DNA of 64,000 nucleotides from Escherichia coli O127:H6 str. E2348/69 (GTDB lineage Bacteria; Pseudomonadota; Gammaproteobacteria; Enterobacterales; Enterobacteriaceae): NCBI RefSeq assembly GCF_000026545.1, contig NC_011601.1; one strand, 5' to 3'. Shown piece by piece: positions 52,995 to 61,857 of this stretch (position 1 is its first letter; each line of letters starts with the position of its first letter). The notes under the pieces were generated by a model. It saw only the letters and a program-made list of their open reading frames with translations, ran no database searches and was not told where the DNA came from. The position numbers and the translations under genes were made by a program.

Positions 52995-55499
52995 TTATTC
53001 CTTTGGTTTAAACCGCAGCAACCGGTTGGCGTTACTCACTACGGTAATCGACGAGAGCGCCATTGCCGCTCCGGCAACCACCGGGTTAAGCAGTGTTCCA
53101 GTGAACGGCCACAAAATACCGGCGGCGACCGGAATACCAATGCTGTTGTAGATAAACGCGCCGAGCAGGTTCTGCTTCATATTGCGCAGCGTTGCGCGGG
53201 AAATCGCGAGCGCATCTGCAACACCCATCAGGCTATGGCGCATCAGGGTAATCGCCGCGGTTTCAATGGCAACATCACTGCCGCCACCCATTGCAATGCC
53301 GACATCCGCCTGAGCCAGCGCTGGCGCGTCGTTAATGCCATCGCCCACCATTGCCACCTGACGTCCTTCACTTTGCAGACGTTTGATCGCTTCGGCTTTA
53401 CCGTCCGGCAGCACCCCGGCTATCACCTCATCAATCCCTGCTTCTTTGGCGATCGCATTGGCGGTGGTCGGGTTATCCCCGGTTAGCATCACCAGGCGAT
53501 ATCCCGCTTTATGCAGGCGTTGCAGCGCCGCCACGCTATCACTACGCAACGGATCGCGTACAGCCAGCAGGGCTACCGCTTTCCCGTCAACCGCCAGCAG
53601 CACAGGCGTTGCCCCTTGCGATGCCTGAGCTGAAATATCTGCTTCAATTGCTTTGGTATTGACCTGTTGGTCATTTAACAACGCCTGATTGCCCAGCAAT
53701 AACGCATGACCTTCAGCTTCACCGCTCACGCCCAGCCCGCGCAATGTGCGGAAACCGTTGACCTGCGGTAGCTGCATATCGCTTGCTTTATCGAGGATAG
53801 CCCGTGCCAGCGGGTGGCTGGAACCTTGCTCCAGCGCTGCCGCCAGACGCAATGCTTGCGCTTCATCAATATCAGCAAATGTTTTTACTGCGACAACCTG
53901 CGGCTTCCCTTCGGTCAGCGTCCCGGTTTTATCGAACACTACGGTGTCGAGCGTACTGGCGCGTTGCAGCGCGTCGGCGTCCCGTACCAGCACGCCAAAC
54001 TCAGCCGCCCGCCCGACGCCCGAAATAATCGACATCGGCGTCGCCAGCCCCAGCGCACACGGACAGGCAATAATCAGCACCGTGGTGGCAATCACCAGGG
54101 TATAGACAATCTGCGGTGCCGGACCAAAGAAATACCAGATTGCCGCACTGATCAGCGCAATCACCACCACTACCGGCACAAATACGGCTGAGATTTTATC
54201 CGCCAGCTGACCGATTTCTGGCTTACTGCTCTGGGCCTGGCGCACCATACGAATAATCCGCGACAGCGTAGTATGGCTGCCAACCGCACTGGCGCGAAAC
54301 AACACGCTACCGTCCTGCACCACTGTCCCGGCATGGACGCTATCGCCTTCGCCTTTTTGCTGCGGTATAGGTTCGCCCGTCAGCATCGCTTCATCCAGCC
54401 ACGCTTCGCCCTGGGTGATCTCACCATCTACCGGTACGCGATCGCCGGTCGTCAGGCGCAGCAACATACCTGGCTGCACTTCCGCCAGCGGCACGCTTTT
54501 TTCACCTTCGTCAGTAACCAGGCGCGCCGTCGGCGGAGTTAAATCGAGTAATTTCTCCAGCGCCTTTGAAGAACGCTGACGTGCGCGCGCTTCCAGCATA
54601 TGACCGAGATTAATCAGACCGATAATCATCGCACTGGCTTCATAGTAAAGATGCCGCGCTTCCATCGGGAACCACTGCGGCCACAGGTTAACGCTCATCG
54701 AATAGAGCCACGCCACACCAGTACCCAGCGCCACCAGCGTATCCATCGTCGCTGCACCGTTCAGCAGGCTTTTCCATGCACTACGGTAAAAATGGCCGCC
54801 GGCGAAAACCATCACTGCCAGGGTTATCAGGCCGATAACCAACCACAGGCTGCGGTTGTCAGCGGTGACCATCATGTTATCGCCGATCATCCCCCAGACC
54901 ATCACCGGGATACCCACCGCCAGTGCGACAATCGCCTGCCAGCGGAAGCGCTTCATCGTAGCGACGGCGGTTTCTTGCTGGCGCTCGCGGCGTTTAGCGT
55001 CATCTTCAATCGCTTCCGCGCCGTAGCCCGCTTTTTCCACCGCCTGCACTAAATCTTGTGGGGAGGCACTGCCCATCACCAGCGCAGTACGCTCCGCCAG
55101 GTTTACCCGTGCCTGAGTGACGCCCGGTACGCTTTGCAGCGCATTTTGTACGCGGGTGACACAGCTGGCGCAGCTCATGCCGCTCAGCAGCAACTGCTGG
55201 CTGTCATCATCATCGGCGGTCGCTGCCGGAAGCGCCTCAGAAACCGCTGTCAGTGCTTCCGACGGGATTGATGACTCCGCCAGCGGTTTAGCCTTTGGGT
55301 GGCTTACAGATGCGTCATAACCCGCTTGTTTGATGGTTTCGATCAGCTGTTCTGCACTGGCAGTCCCGGTAACGTGCGCTTCAGTGACAGACACATCCGC
55401 CTGCTCAACATCCGGGCGCTGTTCGAGACTTTCTTTCACGCGTTTAACGCAGTGACCGCAGGACAGGCCGTCCAGGGTCAGGTCGATAGTTTGTGACAT
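52995..55499 (-). CDS. copA: Cu(I)-translocating P1B-type ATPase CopA
   Basis: 834-aa ORF with two N-terminal CxxC metal-binding domains (GLSCGHC, GMSCASC), CPC motif, DKTGT phosphorylation site and GDGIND. Confidence 0.97.
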   Translation of the reverse strand: MSQTIDLTLDGLSCGHCVKRVKESLEQRPDVEQADVSVTEAHVTGTASAEQLIETIKQAGYDASVSHPKAKPLAESSIPSEALTAVSEALPAATADDDDSQQLLLSGMSCASCVTRVQNALQSVPGVTQARVNLAERTALVMGSASPQDLVQAVEKAGYGAEAIEDDAKRRERQQETAVATMKRFRWQAIVALAVGIPVMVWGMIGDNMMVTADNRSLWLVIGLITLAVMVFAGGHFYRSAWKSLLNGAATMDTLVALGTGVAWLYSMSVNLWPQWFPMEARHLYYEASAMIIGLINLGHMLEARARQRSSKALEKLLDLTPPTARLVTDEGEKSVPLAEVQPGMLLRLTTGDRVPVDGEITQGEAWLDEAMLTGEPIPQQKGEGDSVHAGTVVQDGSVLFRASAVGSHTTLSRIIRMVRQAQSSKPEIGQLADKISAVFVPVVVVIALISAAIWYFFGPAPQIVYTLVIATTVLIIACPCALGLATPMSIISGVGRAAEFGVLVRDADALQRASTLDTVVFDKTGTLTEGKPQVVAVKTFADIDEAQALRLAAALEQGSSHPLARAILDKASDMQLPQVNGFRTLRGLGVSGEAEGHALLLGNQALLNDQQVNTKAIEADISAQASQGATPVLLAVDGKAVALLAVRDPLRSDSVAALQRLHKAGYRLVMLTGDNPTTANAIAKEAGIDEVIAGVLPDGKAEAIKRLQSEGRQVAMVGDGINDAPALAQADVGIAMGGGSDVAIETAAITLMRHSLMGVADALAISRATLRNMKQNLLGAFIYNSIGIPVAAGILWPFTGTLLNPVVAGAAMALSSITVVSNANRLLRFKPKE

Positions 55500-55547
55500 A
55501 AAACACTCCTTTTAAGACAGTTTTGACTGGCTGTGATAAAGGTTAAA

Positions 55548-55566
55548 CCTTCCAGCAAGGGGAAGG
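55548..55566. promoter_or_regulatory. CueR operator (CCTTCC-N7-GGAAGG dyad) in the copA promoter
   Basis: ccttccagcaaggggaagg lies ~50 bp upstream of the copA start between -35-like TTGACC and -10-like elements with the long spacer typical of MerR-family promoters. Confidence 0.75.
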
Positions 55567-55761
55567 TCAAGAAATTAATAAACCAGGCGGGTAAAAGTCC
55601 GTAAAGATTAAAAAATCGGCTCGATTTGCATCAGGATTAGACATTTATCTCTTTGTTTTCCTGTGGTTAAGTTGCGGGTGCTAAGTTAAATCAGGATGCC
55701 TGAAAATCGGCACCGGGGTGAGGAATTACCTCCCGCATCTATAAAAAGGAGTTAACAAAAG

Positions 55762-56694
55762 ATGTTAGATGCAAACAAATTACAGCAGGCAGTGGATCAG
55801 GCTTACACCCAATTTCACTCACTTAACGGCGGACAAAATGCCGACTACATTCCCTTTCTGGCGAATGTACCTGGTCAACTGGCAGCAGTGGCTATTGTGA
55901 CCTGCGATGGCAACATCTATCGCGCGGGTGATAGTGATTACCGCTTTGCGCTGGAATCCATCTCGAAAGTCTGTACGTTAGCCCTTGCGTTAGAAGATGT
56001 CGGCCCGCAGGCGGTACAGGACAAAGTTGGCGCTGACCCGACCGGATTGCCCTTTAACTCAGTTATCGCCTTAGAGTTGCATGGCGGCAAACCGCTTTCG
56101 CCACTGGTAAATGCTGGCGCTATTGCCACCACCAGCCTGATTAACGCTGAAAATACTGAACAACGCTGGCAGCGAATTTTACATATCCAACAACAACTGG
56201 CTGGTGAGCAGGTAGCGCTCTCTGATGAAGTCAACCAGTCGGAACAAACAACCAACTTCCATAACCGGGCCATTGCCTGGCTGCTGTACTCCGCCGGATA
56301 TCTCTATTGTGATGCAATGGAAGCCTGTGACGTGTACACCCGTCAGTGCTCCACGCTCATCAATACTATTGAACTGGCAACGCTTGGCGCGACGCTGGCG
56401 GCGGGTGGTGTGAATCCGCTGACGCATAAACGCGTTCTTCAGGCCGACAACGTGCCGTACATTCTGGCTGAAATGATGATGGAAGGGCTGTATGGTCGCT
56501 CTGGTGACTGGGCGTATCGCGTTGGTTTACCGGGCAAAAGCGGTGTAGGTGGCGGTATTCTGGCGGTCGTCCCTGGCGTGATGGGAATTGCCGCGTTCTC
56601 ACCACCGCTGGACGAAGAAGGCAACAGTGTTCGCGGTCAAAAAATGGTGGCATCGGTCGCTAAGCAACTCGGCTATAACGTGTTTAAGGGCTGA
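55762..56694 (+). CDS. glsA: Glutaminase 1 (GlsA/YbaS)
   Basis: 310-aa ORF MLDANKLQQAVDQAYTQFHSLNGGQNADYIPFLANVPGQL..., serine-dependent glutaminase family. Confidence 0.95.
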   Translation: MLDANKLQQAVDQAYTQFHSLNGGQNADYIPFLANVPGQLAAVAIVTCDGNIYRAGDSDYRFALESISKVCTLALALEDVGPQAVQDKVGADPTGLPFNSVIALELHGGKPLSPLVNAGAIATTSLINAENTEQRWQRILHIQQQLAGEQVALSDEVNQSEQTTNFHNRAIAWLLYSAGYLYCDAMEACDVYTRQCSTLINTIELATLGATLAAGGVNPLTHKRVLQADNVPYILAEMMMEGLYGRSGDWAYRVGLPGKSGVGGGILAVVPGVMGIAAFSPPLDEEGNSVRGQKMVASVAKQLGYNVFKG

Positions 56695-56696
56695 TC

Positions 56697-57989
56697 ATGA
56701 TGAACACGGAAGGTAATAACGGTAACAAACCCCTCGGTCTATGGAACGTCGTTTCCATCGGTATTGGGGCAATGGTGGGGGCGGGGATCTTCGCGCTGCT
56801 GGGTCAGGCTGCGTTGCTAATGGAAGCCTCGACCTGGGTCGCCTTTGCTTTTGGCGGTATTGTGGCGATGTTTTCCGGTTATGCCTATGCGCGTCTGGGG
56901 GCGAGCTATCCCAGCAATGGCGGTATTATCGACTTCTTTCGTCGCGGATTAGGCAACGGCGTCTTTTCGCTGGCGCTCTCGTTATTGTACCTGTTGACGC
57001 TGGCGGTGAGCATCGCCATGGTCGCCCGTGCTTTTGGCGCTTATGCCGTGCAGTTTTTGCATGAAGGCAGTCAGGAGGAGCACCTTATATTGCTCTACGC
57101 GTTGGGGAGCATTGCGGTGATGACGCTTTTCAACTCCTTAAGCAACCATGCAGTAGGGCGGCTGGAAGTGATCCTCGTCGGCATTAAAATGATGATTCTG
57201 TTATTGCTGATTATTGCCGGTGTCTGGTCGCTGCAACCGGCGCATATTTCCGTCTCTGCGCCCCCCAGCTCCGGTGCGTTCTTCTCCTGTATCGGGATAA
57301 CCTTCCTTGCCTATGCGGGCTTTGGCATGATGGCGAACGCGGCGGATAAAGTGAAAGATCCGCAGGTCATTATGCCACGGGCGTTTCTGGTGGCGATTGG
57401 CGTTACCACGTTGCTTTATATCTCGCTGGCGCTGGTTTTGCTTAGCGATGTATCGGCATTAGAGTTAGAAAAATATGCCGATACCGCCGTAGCGCAGGCT
57501 GCTTCTCCGCTGCTCGGGCATGTGGGTTATGTGATCGTCGTCATCGGCGCTTTACTGGCGACGGCTTCAGCCATCAACGCGAACCTGTTCGCCGTGTTTA
57601 ACATCATGGACAACATGGGCAGCGAACGCGAACTGCCGAAGCTAATGAATAAATCCCTGTGGCGGCAGAGTACCTGGGGCAACATCATTGTCGTGGTGTT
57701 GATTATGCTGATGACGGCGGCGCTGAATTTAGGCTCACTCGCCAGCGTTGCCAGCGCCACCTTTTTGATTTGCTATCTGGCGGTGTTTGTGGTGGCGATC
57801 CGCCTGCGTCATGATATTCACGCCTCGTTGCCGATTCTTATCGTAGGTACGTTGGTGATGTTGTTGGTGATCGTTGGCTTTATCTACAGTCTCTGGTCCC
57901 AGGGCAGCCGTGCGCTGATATGGATTATTGGCGCACTCTTACTCAGCCTTATTGTGGCAATGGTCATGAAGCGCAATAAAACCGTATAA
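56697..57989 (+). CDS. ybaT: APC-family amino-acid transporter YbaT
   Basis: 430-aa 12-TM ORF immediately after glsA (stop and start separated by 2 bp). Confidence 0.93.
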   Translation: MMNTEGNNGNKPLGLWNVVSIGIGAMVGAGIFALLGQAALLMEASTWVAFAFGGIVAMFSGYAYARLGASYPSNGGIIDFFRRGLGNGVFSLALSLLYLLTLAVSIAMVARAFGAYAVQFLHEGSQEEHLILLYALGSIAVMTLFNSLSNHAVGRLEVILVGIKMMILLLLIIAGVWSLQPAHISVSAPPSSGAFFSCIGITFLAYAGFGMMANAADKVKDPQVIMPRAFLVAIGVTTLLYISLALVLLSDVSALELEKYADTAVAQAASPLLGHVGYVIVVIGALLATASAINANLFAVFNIMDNMGSERELPKLMNKSLWRQSTWGNIIVVVLIMLMTAALNLGSLASVASATFLICYLAVFVVAIRLRHDIHASLPILIVGTLVMLLVIVGFIYSLWSQGSRALIWIIGALLLSLIVAMVMKRNKTV

Positions 57990-58113
57990 CATCTCTCTGT
58001 GCGCAGTACTTCCTGTATTATTGTGGTGGCGGTCGATATTCGCACTGGCAAAAAAACGTGCTTGAATATTTGTTGAAACCCTTTAACAAAGCACAGGAGG
58101 CGTTGCGCGAACG

Positions 58114-58521
58114 ATGAACATTAGCGATGTAGCAAAAATTACCGGCCTGACCAGCAAAGCCATTCGCTTCTATGAAGAGAAGGGGCTGGTGACGCCGCCG
58201 ATGCGCAGCGAAAACGGTTATCGCACCTACACGCAGCAGCATCTCAACGAACTGACCTTACTGCGCCAGGCACGCCAGGTGGGCTTTAACCTGGAGGAGA
58301 GCGGCGAACTGGTGAATCTGTTTAACGATCCGCAGCGTCACAGCGCCGACGTCAAACGTCGTACGCTGGAGAAAGTAGCGGAGATCGAACAGCATATCGA
58401 AGAACTGCAATCCATGCGTAACCAGCTGCTGGCGCTGGCGAATGCCTGTCCCGGTGATGACAGCGCCGACTGCCCGATTATCGAAAATCTCTCCGGCTGC
58501 TGTCATCATCGGGCGGGGTGA
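58114..58521 (+). CDS. cueR: MerR-family copper-responsive regulator CueR
   Basis: 135-aa [32 protein letters not shown]... with C-terminal metal-binding Cys pair ([10 protein letters not shown]). Confidence 0.96.
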   Translation: MNISDVAKITGLTSKAIRFYEEKGLVTPPMRSENGYRTYTQQHLNELTLLRQARQVGFNLEESGELVNLFNDPQRHSADVKRRTLEKVAEIEQHIEELQSMRNQLLALANACPGDDSADCPIIENLSGCCHHRAG

Positions 58522-59034
58522 TTAAGGCTTGCGAAAATAGTCGTCCATTATTTTCGTCAGCTCCGGACGTTCCCCGTCATCATTGATGGCAAAATCCAGA
58601 AAAAAAGCATCTGCTTGCGGCGTTCGGTTTTGCGCCATCAACCGGAAGGTGAGGGGGCCTGACCAGGTTTCGGATGGGCTGATGTGCTTATCAGGGCCGA
58701 AACTCTCCCATGCGTTGGGCGGTAATGTTTTGCACGCGGTGAGTTTTGGTATGTGGTATTGCAGCTCTGTTTTGTGCAGACATTCCCCGCCAGGAAATAC
58801 CAGGGTTTGTTGCTCATCATTAAAATGGGTTGCCGTGCTGAGCACCAGTGTTTTGAGCGGTCGCCCTTCCAGCGCGGCGGCAGTAGCCTTATGGTGTCCG
58901 TCGAGCAGAACGCAGAGATAGGAATCAGGGAGATACCAGGCCAGAGCGCGGGCGATTCCAGTTTTCGAGAGCAGACAAAAACCGGGCGGCTCCCTGTTCA
59001 TCCTCCGCAAAACCGCTGTAGACAAATTCCGCAC
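58522..59034 (-). CDS. Hypothetical protein (possible 3' portion of a fragmented gene); no recognisable domain
   Basis: 170-aa ORF (GTG start) beginning 1 bp after the cueR stop; its frame is open only 11 codons upstream of the start. Not recognised as any K-12 protein. Confidence 0.4.
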   Translation of the reverse strand: MRNLSTAVLRRMNREPPGFCLLSKTGIARALAWYLPDSYLCVLLDGHHKATAAALEGRPLKTLVLSTATHFNDEQQTLVFPGGECLHKTELQYHIPKLTACKTLPPNAWESFGPDKHISPSETWSGPLTFRLMAQNRTPQADAFFLDFAINDDGERPELTKIMDDYFRKP

Positions 59035-59045
59035 AGGTAGGGCAA

Positions 59046-59252
59046 TCAGCCTCGGACCAGAAACGTATTAACGGGACATCCTTGCCAGCAGAGCGAATGG
59101 ATAAGACCGTGCGAGTGCGGATCGTAAATCACACATTGACGCAGAAATCCTTTCCCGGACTTCACCGAAAAAATGACGCCCGCAGCGGTATTTTTCAGCA
59201 GACGTACTTCAGGTTTTCGAAAGGGGAAAAAGCATGGCCACTCCTTAGCCAA
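59046..59252 (-). CDS. Hypothetical small ORF (possible 5' fragment of the gene continued by 58522..59034)
   Basis: 68-aa ORF with TTG start, in a different frame from 58522..59034 and ending 12 bp upstream of it; weak start. Confidence 0.25.
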   Translation of the reverse strand: MAKEWPCFFPFRKPEVRLLKNTAAGVIFSVKSGKGFLRQCVIYDPHSHGLIHSLCWQGCPVNTFLVRG

Positions 59253-59323
59253 AATTTCAGTTCCCTGAACTGTGCCAGAAAATTACGCTGGTGACTATTG
59301 CTCTGGAAATGGAAACGGTGTCC

Positions 59324-59530
59324 TTACCCATTAATCCCCGTTTGCACCGAAAGAATATGCTGCAAACTTTCTACCATTATGCGCCCCGACTGAAATAAGC
59401 CTTCCTGGATTTCGTTGTTAACATTCACAGCGTGAACCAGGGAGGCTAATAACACCACTTGCAAGAAGGCAAAAATAAACGCACCGATAATCATAATATG
59501 CGTCAGGGGGATTTTCCTTTGCTCCTTCAT
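59324..59530 (-). CDS. Hypothetical small membrane protein (single predicted TM helix)
   Basis: 68-aa ORF MKEQRKIPLTHIMIIGAFIFAFLQVVLLASLVHAVN...; its ATG overlaps the stop of the upstream lipoprotein gene (ATGA), implying translational coupling. Confidence 0.45.
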   Translation of the reverse strand: MKEQRKIPLTHIMIIGAFIFAFLQVVLLASLVHAVNVNNEIQEGLFQSGRIMVESLQHILSVQTGING

Positions 59531-59949
59531 TTTAAATAACCCACAAACTGGCCTTCTTTCATTAAGGCGACTTTTCCTGTGTGATGATAAACAATGACAT
59601 TATACAGACCCGACTGATAAACAGTAGCATCTTTATTGTCTTCATCAATTACACATAATGAATCATTGAGATAAGCAAAGTTCTTACTGCTCATTCTAAA
59701 GGTCATGCCAAATCCTTTATAAATGGCTTTCTTTGCCGCCTGGGCATGTTGTGCGGCTTCTGCATTTTTAAATGCCTGCGCCTCGGATGCACTTAAAATA
59801 GCCGTCTGACGCTGTTGTTCTGCGAGGTAACAGGTGTCATGGCTGACGCCCTGCGCCTGGCAATCTGCGATGCGGGAAGTGGGTGAACTACAGCCAGCCA
59901 GTAATATAACCGCCAGCAGGGAAAACGATTTAATGGAGCTATTCATCAT
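59527..59949 (-). CDS. Hypothetical lipoprotein
   Basis: 140-aa ORF with signal peptide and lipobox LLAGC (MMNSSIKSFSLLAVILLAGCSS); no recognised catalytic motif. Confidence 0.6.
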   Translation of the reverse strand: MMNSSIKSFSLLAVILLAGCSSPTSRIADCQAQGVSHDTCYLAEQQRQTAILSASEAQAFKNAEAAQHAQAAKKAIYKGFGMTFRMSSKNFAYLNDSLCVIDEDNKDATVYQSGLYNVIVYHHTGKVALMKEGQFVGYLK

Positions 59950-60002
59950 TGTTAACCTTAAATAATGTGCGGAAAATTGCGAATAAGAAATTGCTGTTAA
60001 AA

Positions 60003-61019
60003 TTAGAACGAATATCCCACGCCGACACCCGCACCGAAATCAGATTGTGTATCCGCAGAAATACCTGCTTTAAGTACCGTATGCGTTCCGGCATTAAAAG
60101 ATGTTCCGACAGACACCGCAGATTCACCGTTAAAGGTTCCCGCTCCCGCTGAGACCATCATCAAGTCACCGGTTTTCACCTGTGGTTGTGAGGCGATAGC
60201 GATGGCAGATGCAGTTCCCGCATTGGCTTCTTTACGATTGTCCTCAACTTCGTTTTTTAGCGAACTGAAATGGTTATTGAGCGTGTTAATTTGCTGGCTG
60301 TTATCTGCAACCCGTTTTTGGGTGTTGGTTAACTGTTGCTGCGTTTGTGCGGAATCTTGTCTCAGACTTTCAATTTGCTCATGTGCCTGGACAGACTTCT
60401 GCGCCAGACTTTGCATTTGTTTATCGTATTGAGCCCTTTCTTTTTGCTGTTGTGCTGCCACATCGGTTGTCAGTGCATTCATTTTCTGCCCTTGTTCCGT
60501 GGTAGTGCGCTGATTAGCCTCATTTTGAGCCGCCAGCCTGGCATTAATCATCTCCTGATAATGCGCGGTATTTTGCGTATCTCCAGTCGCGGCGAGCGTT
60601 TTTTGTGTGGCTACGATCTGCGCCTGTTGCTCTGTAATTTGCGTTTGCTGGGCATCAGTTACCGTAGACTGTCGGGCGTTGATCATGCTCTGATAACGGG
60701 CGGTTGTCTGTACATCACCTGTAGCGGCAACGGTTTTTTGTCCTGCGTCAGGATCTGTCTGGACAGGGGGAGTCTGAGTGGTATCAGGTGTTTCAGAAGG
60801 GATGTAGTGATGTTCAGTCAAATAGGTATATGCAGCGGGGCTGTTGTCGGTGCGTTCTAAAAAGCGGGTAATCTTCTGCTCAATCTCCGATTGCGACATG
60901 CCCGAGTTAATGGCTGAAAGCTCTGTTGCCGCCGCTTCAATGGTATCACCAGCTAAAACAAAAGGGCTGGATGTTGCTGAAATTATGAGTGCCAGTAAAG
61001 CTACGTTTACAGTTTTCAT
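60003..61019 (-). CDS. Small trimeric-autotransporter-like surface protein (YadA-type C-terminal anchor, repeat-containing stalk)
   Basis: 338-aa ORF with signal peptide (MKTVNVALLALIISATSSPFVLA), Gln/Thr-rich central region with two ~45-aa tandem repeats, and C-terminus ...ASAIAIASQPQV...GAGVGVGYSF resembling the YadA-anchor beta-barrel ending in an aromatic residue. Confidence 0.8.
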   Translation of the reverse strand: MKTVNVALLALIISATSSPFVLAGDTIEAAATELSAINSGMSQSEIEQKITRFLERTDNSPAAYTYLTEHHYIPSETPDTTQTPPVQTDPDAGQKTVAATGDVQTTARYQSMINARQSTVTDAQQTQITEQQAQIVATQKTLAATGDTQNTAHYQEMINARLAAQNEANQRTTTEQGQKMNALTTDVAAQQQKERAQYDKQMQSLAQKSVQAHEQIESLRQDSAQTQQQLTNTQKRVADNSQQINTLNNHFSSLKNEVEDNRKEANAGTASAIAIASQPQVKTGDLMMVSAGAGTFNGESAVSVGTSFNAGTHTVLKAGISADTQSDFGAGVGVGYSF

Positions 61020-61386
61020 TCATTTTCTCTCGATCAAAATAAGTTGCATTAATGTTTCTATAAGAAACAAATAATATTGTTATTAAGAAATAAAATACGT
61101 TGCAATATGATCGAAATCTACGCCGCCATTTGTGTGATGTAAAGCGCATTTTTGTCTGTTGTAAGCGTAAATATCACCAATAAGAAACAAAAAATGTTTC
61201 TTTTATAAATTAAAAAGGAAAACATTTCGTGCTCTTTCAATGTAAAAAAGAGTAAAGACTTGTTTTGATAAGCGAAATAAATTCTGTTTCTGGACTAAAC
61301 GTGAACCGGTTCCTGATGTGTGCTAAAATGCGTTTCTTTGATAAATCTCAATTTTTAAGAGGTTTACGCCAGGCAGGAACATTTAA

Positions 61387-61749
61387 ATGAATGAATTTGA
61401 GAAGATTTTTAATGAAATGAATCTGGACCGGGCATTGCTACCGATCCTTTTTCGTTCGAACCGGTCAACAGTGTGGAAGTATTTAAGCGGCGATAGTACG
61501 GCTCCTGCCTCAGCTATGTCACTGATTATGCTGTTGCAGTTAATCCAGAAACGAAACCCCGATCTATTAGCCGAATGGTTAACGCTTTCTGATTTCACCA
61601 TTCCGCCAGAAGTTTACCTGGACCAGCCTGATTACTGGAAAGGGTGGGTGTATACCCAACACAAGGTCAATAAAAACGTCCTGGAATATCTAAAAAAACA
61701 TTATCCGGATGAAGACCAAAAAAGTATGGGTAAAGGCCGGGAAGAGTAA
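61387..61749 (+). CDS. Hypothetical protein, possible HTH-containing regulator, divergent from the adhesin-like gene
   Basis: 120-aa ORF; the segment LDRALLPILFRSNRSTVWKYLSGD loosely resembles an XRE-type HTH; preceded by a 367-bp AT-rich intergenic region. Confidence 0.45.
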   Translation: MNEFEKIFNEMNLDRALLPILFRSNRSTVWKYLSGDSTAPASAMSLIMLLQLIQKRNPDLLAEWLTLSDFTIPPEVYLDQPDYWKGWVYTQHKVNKNVLEYLKKHYPDEDQKSMGKGREE

Positions 61750-61771
61750 TTTTGCCTCTACTCGGCTATAT

Positions 61772-61857
61772 GCCGGATGCGGCGCAAGCGCCTTATCTGG
61801 CCTACGATTCGGGCATATTTTGTAGGCATGATAAGACGCGCCAGCGTCGCATCAGGC
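61772..61857. repeat. Pair of inverted REP elements at the ybbJ 3' end / right edge of the accessory block
   Basis: gccggatgcggcgcaagcgccttatctggcctac and gtaggcatgataagacgcgccagcgtcgcatcaggc. Confidence 0.65.

Noticed and set aside
61020-61386. Possible Dam/GATC-based phase-variation switch upstream of the adhesin-like gene
   Set aside because: Only two GATC sites in 367 bp, close to chance expectation, with no recognisable Lrp or OxyR site arrangement; not enough to claim phase variation.
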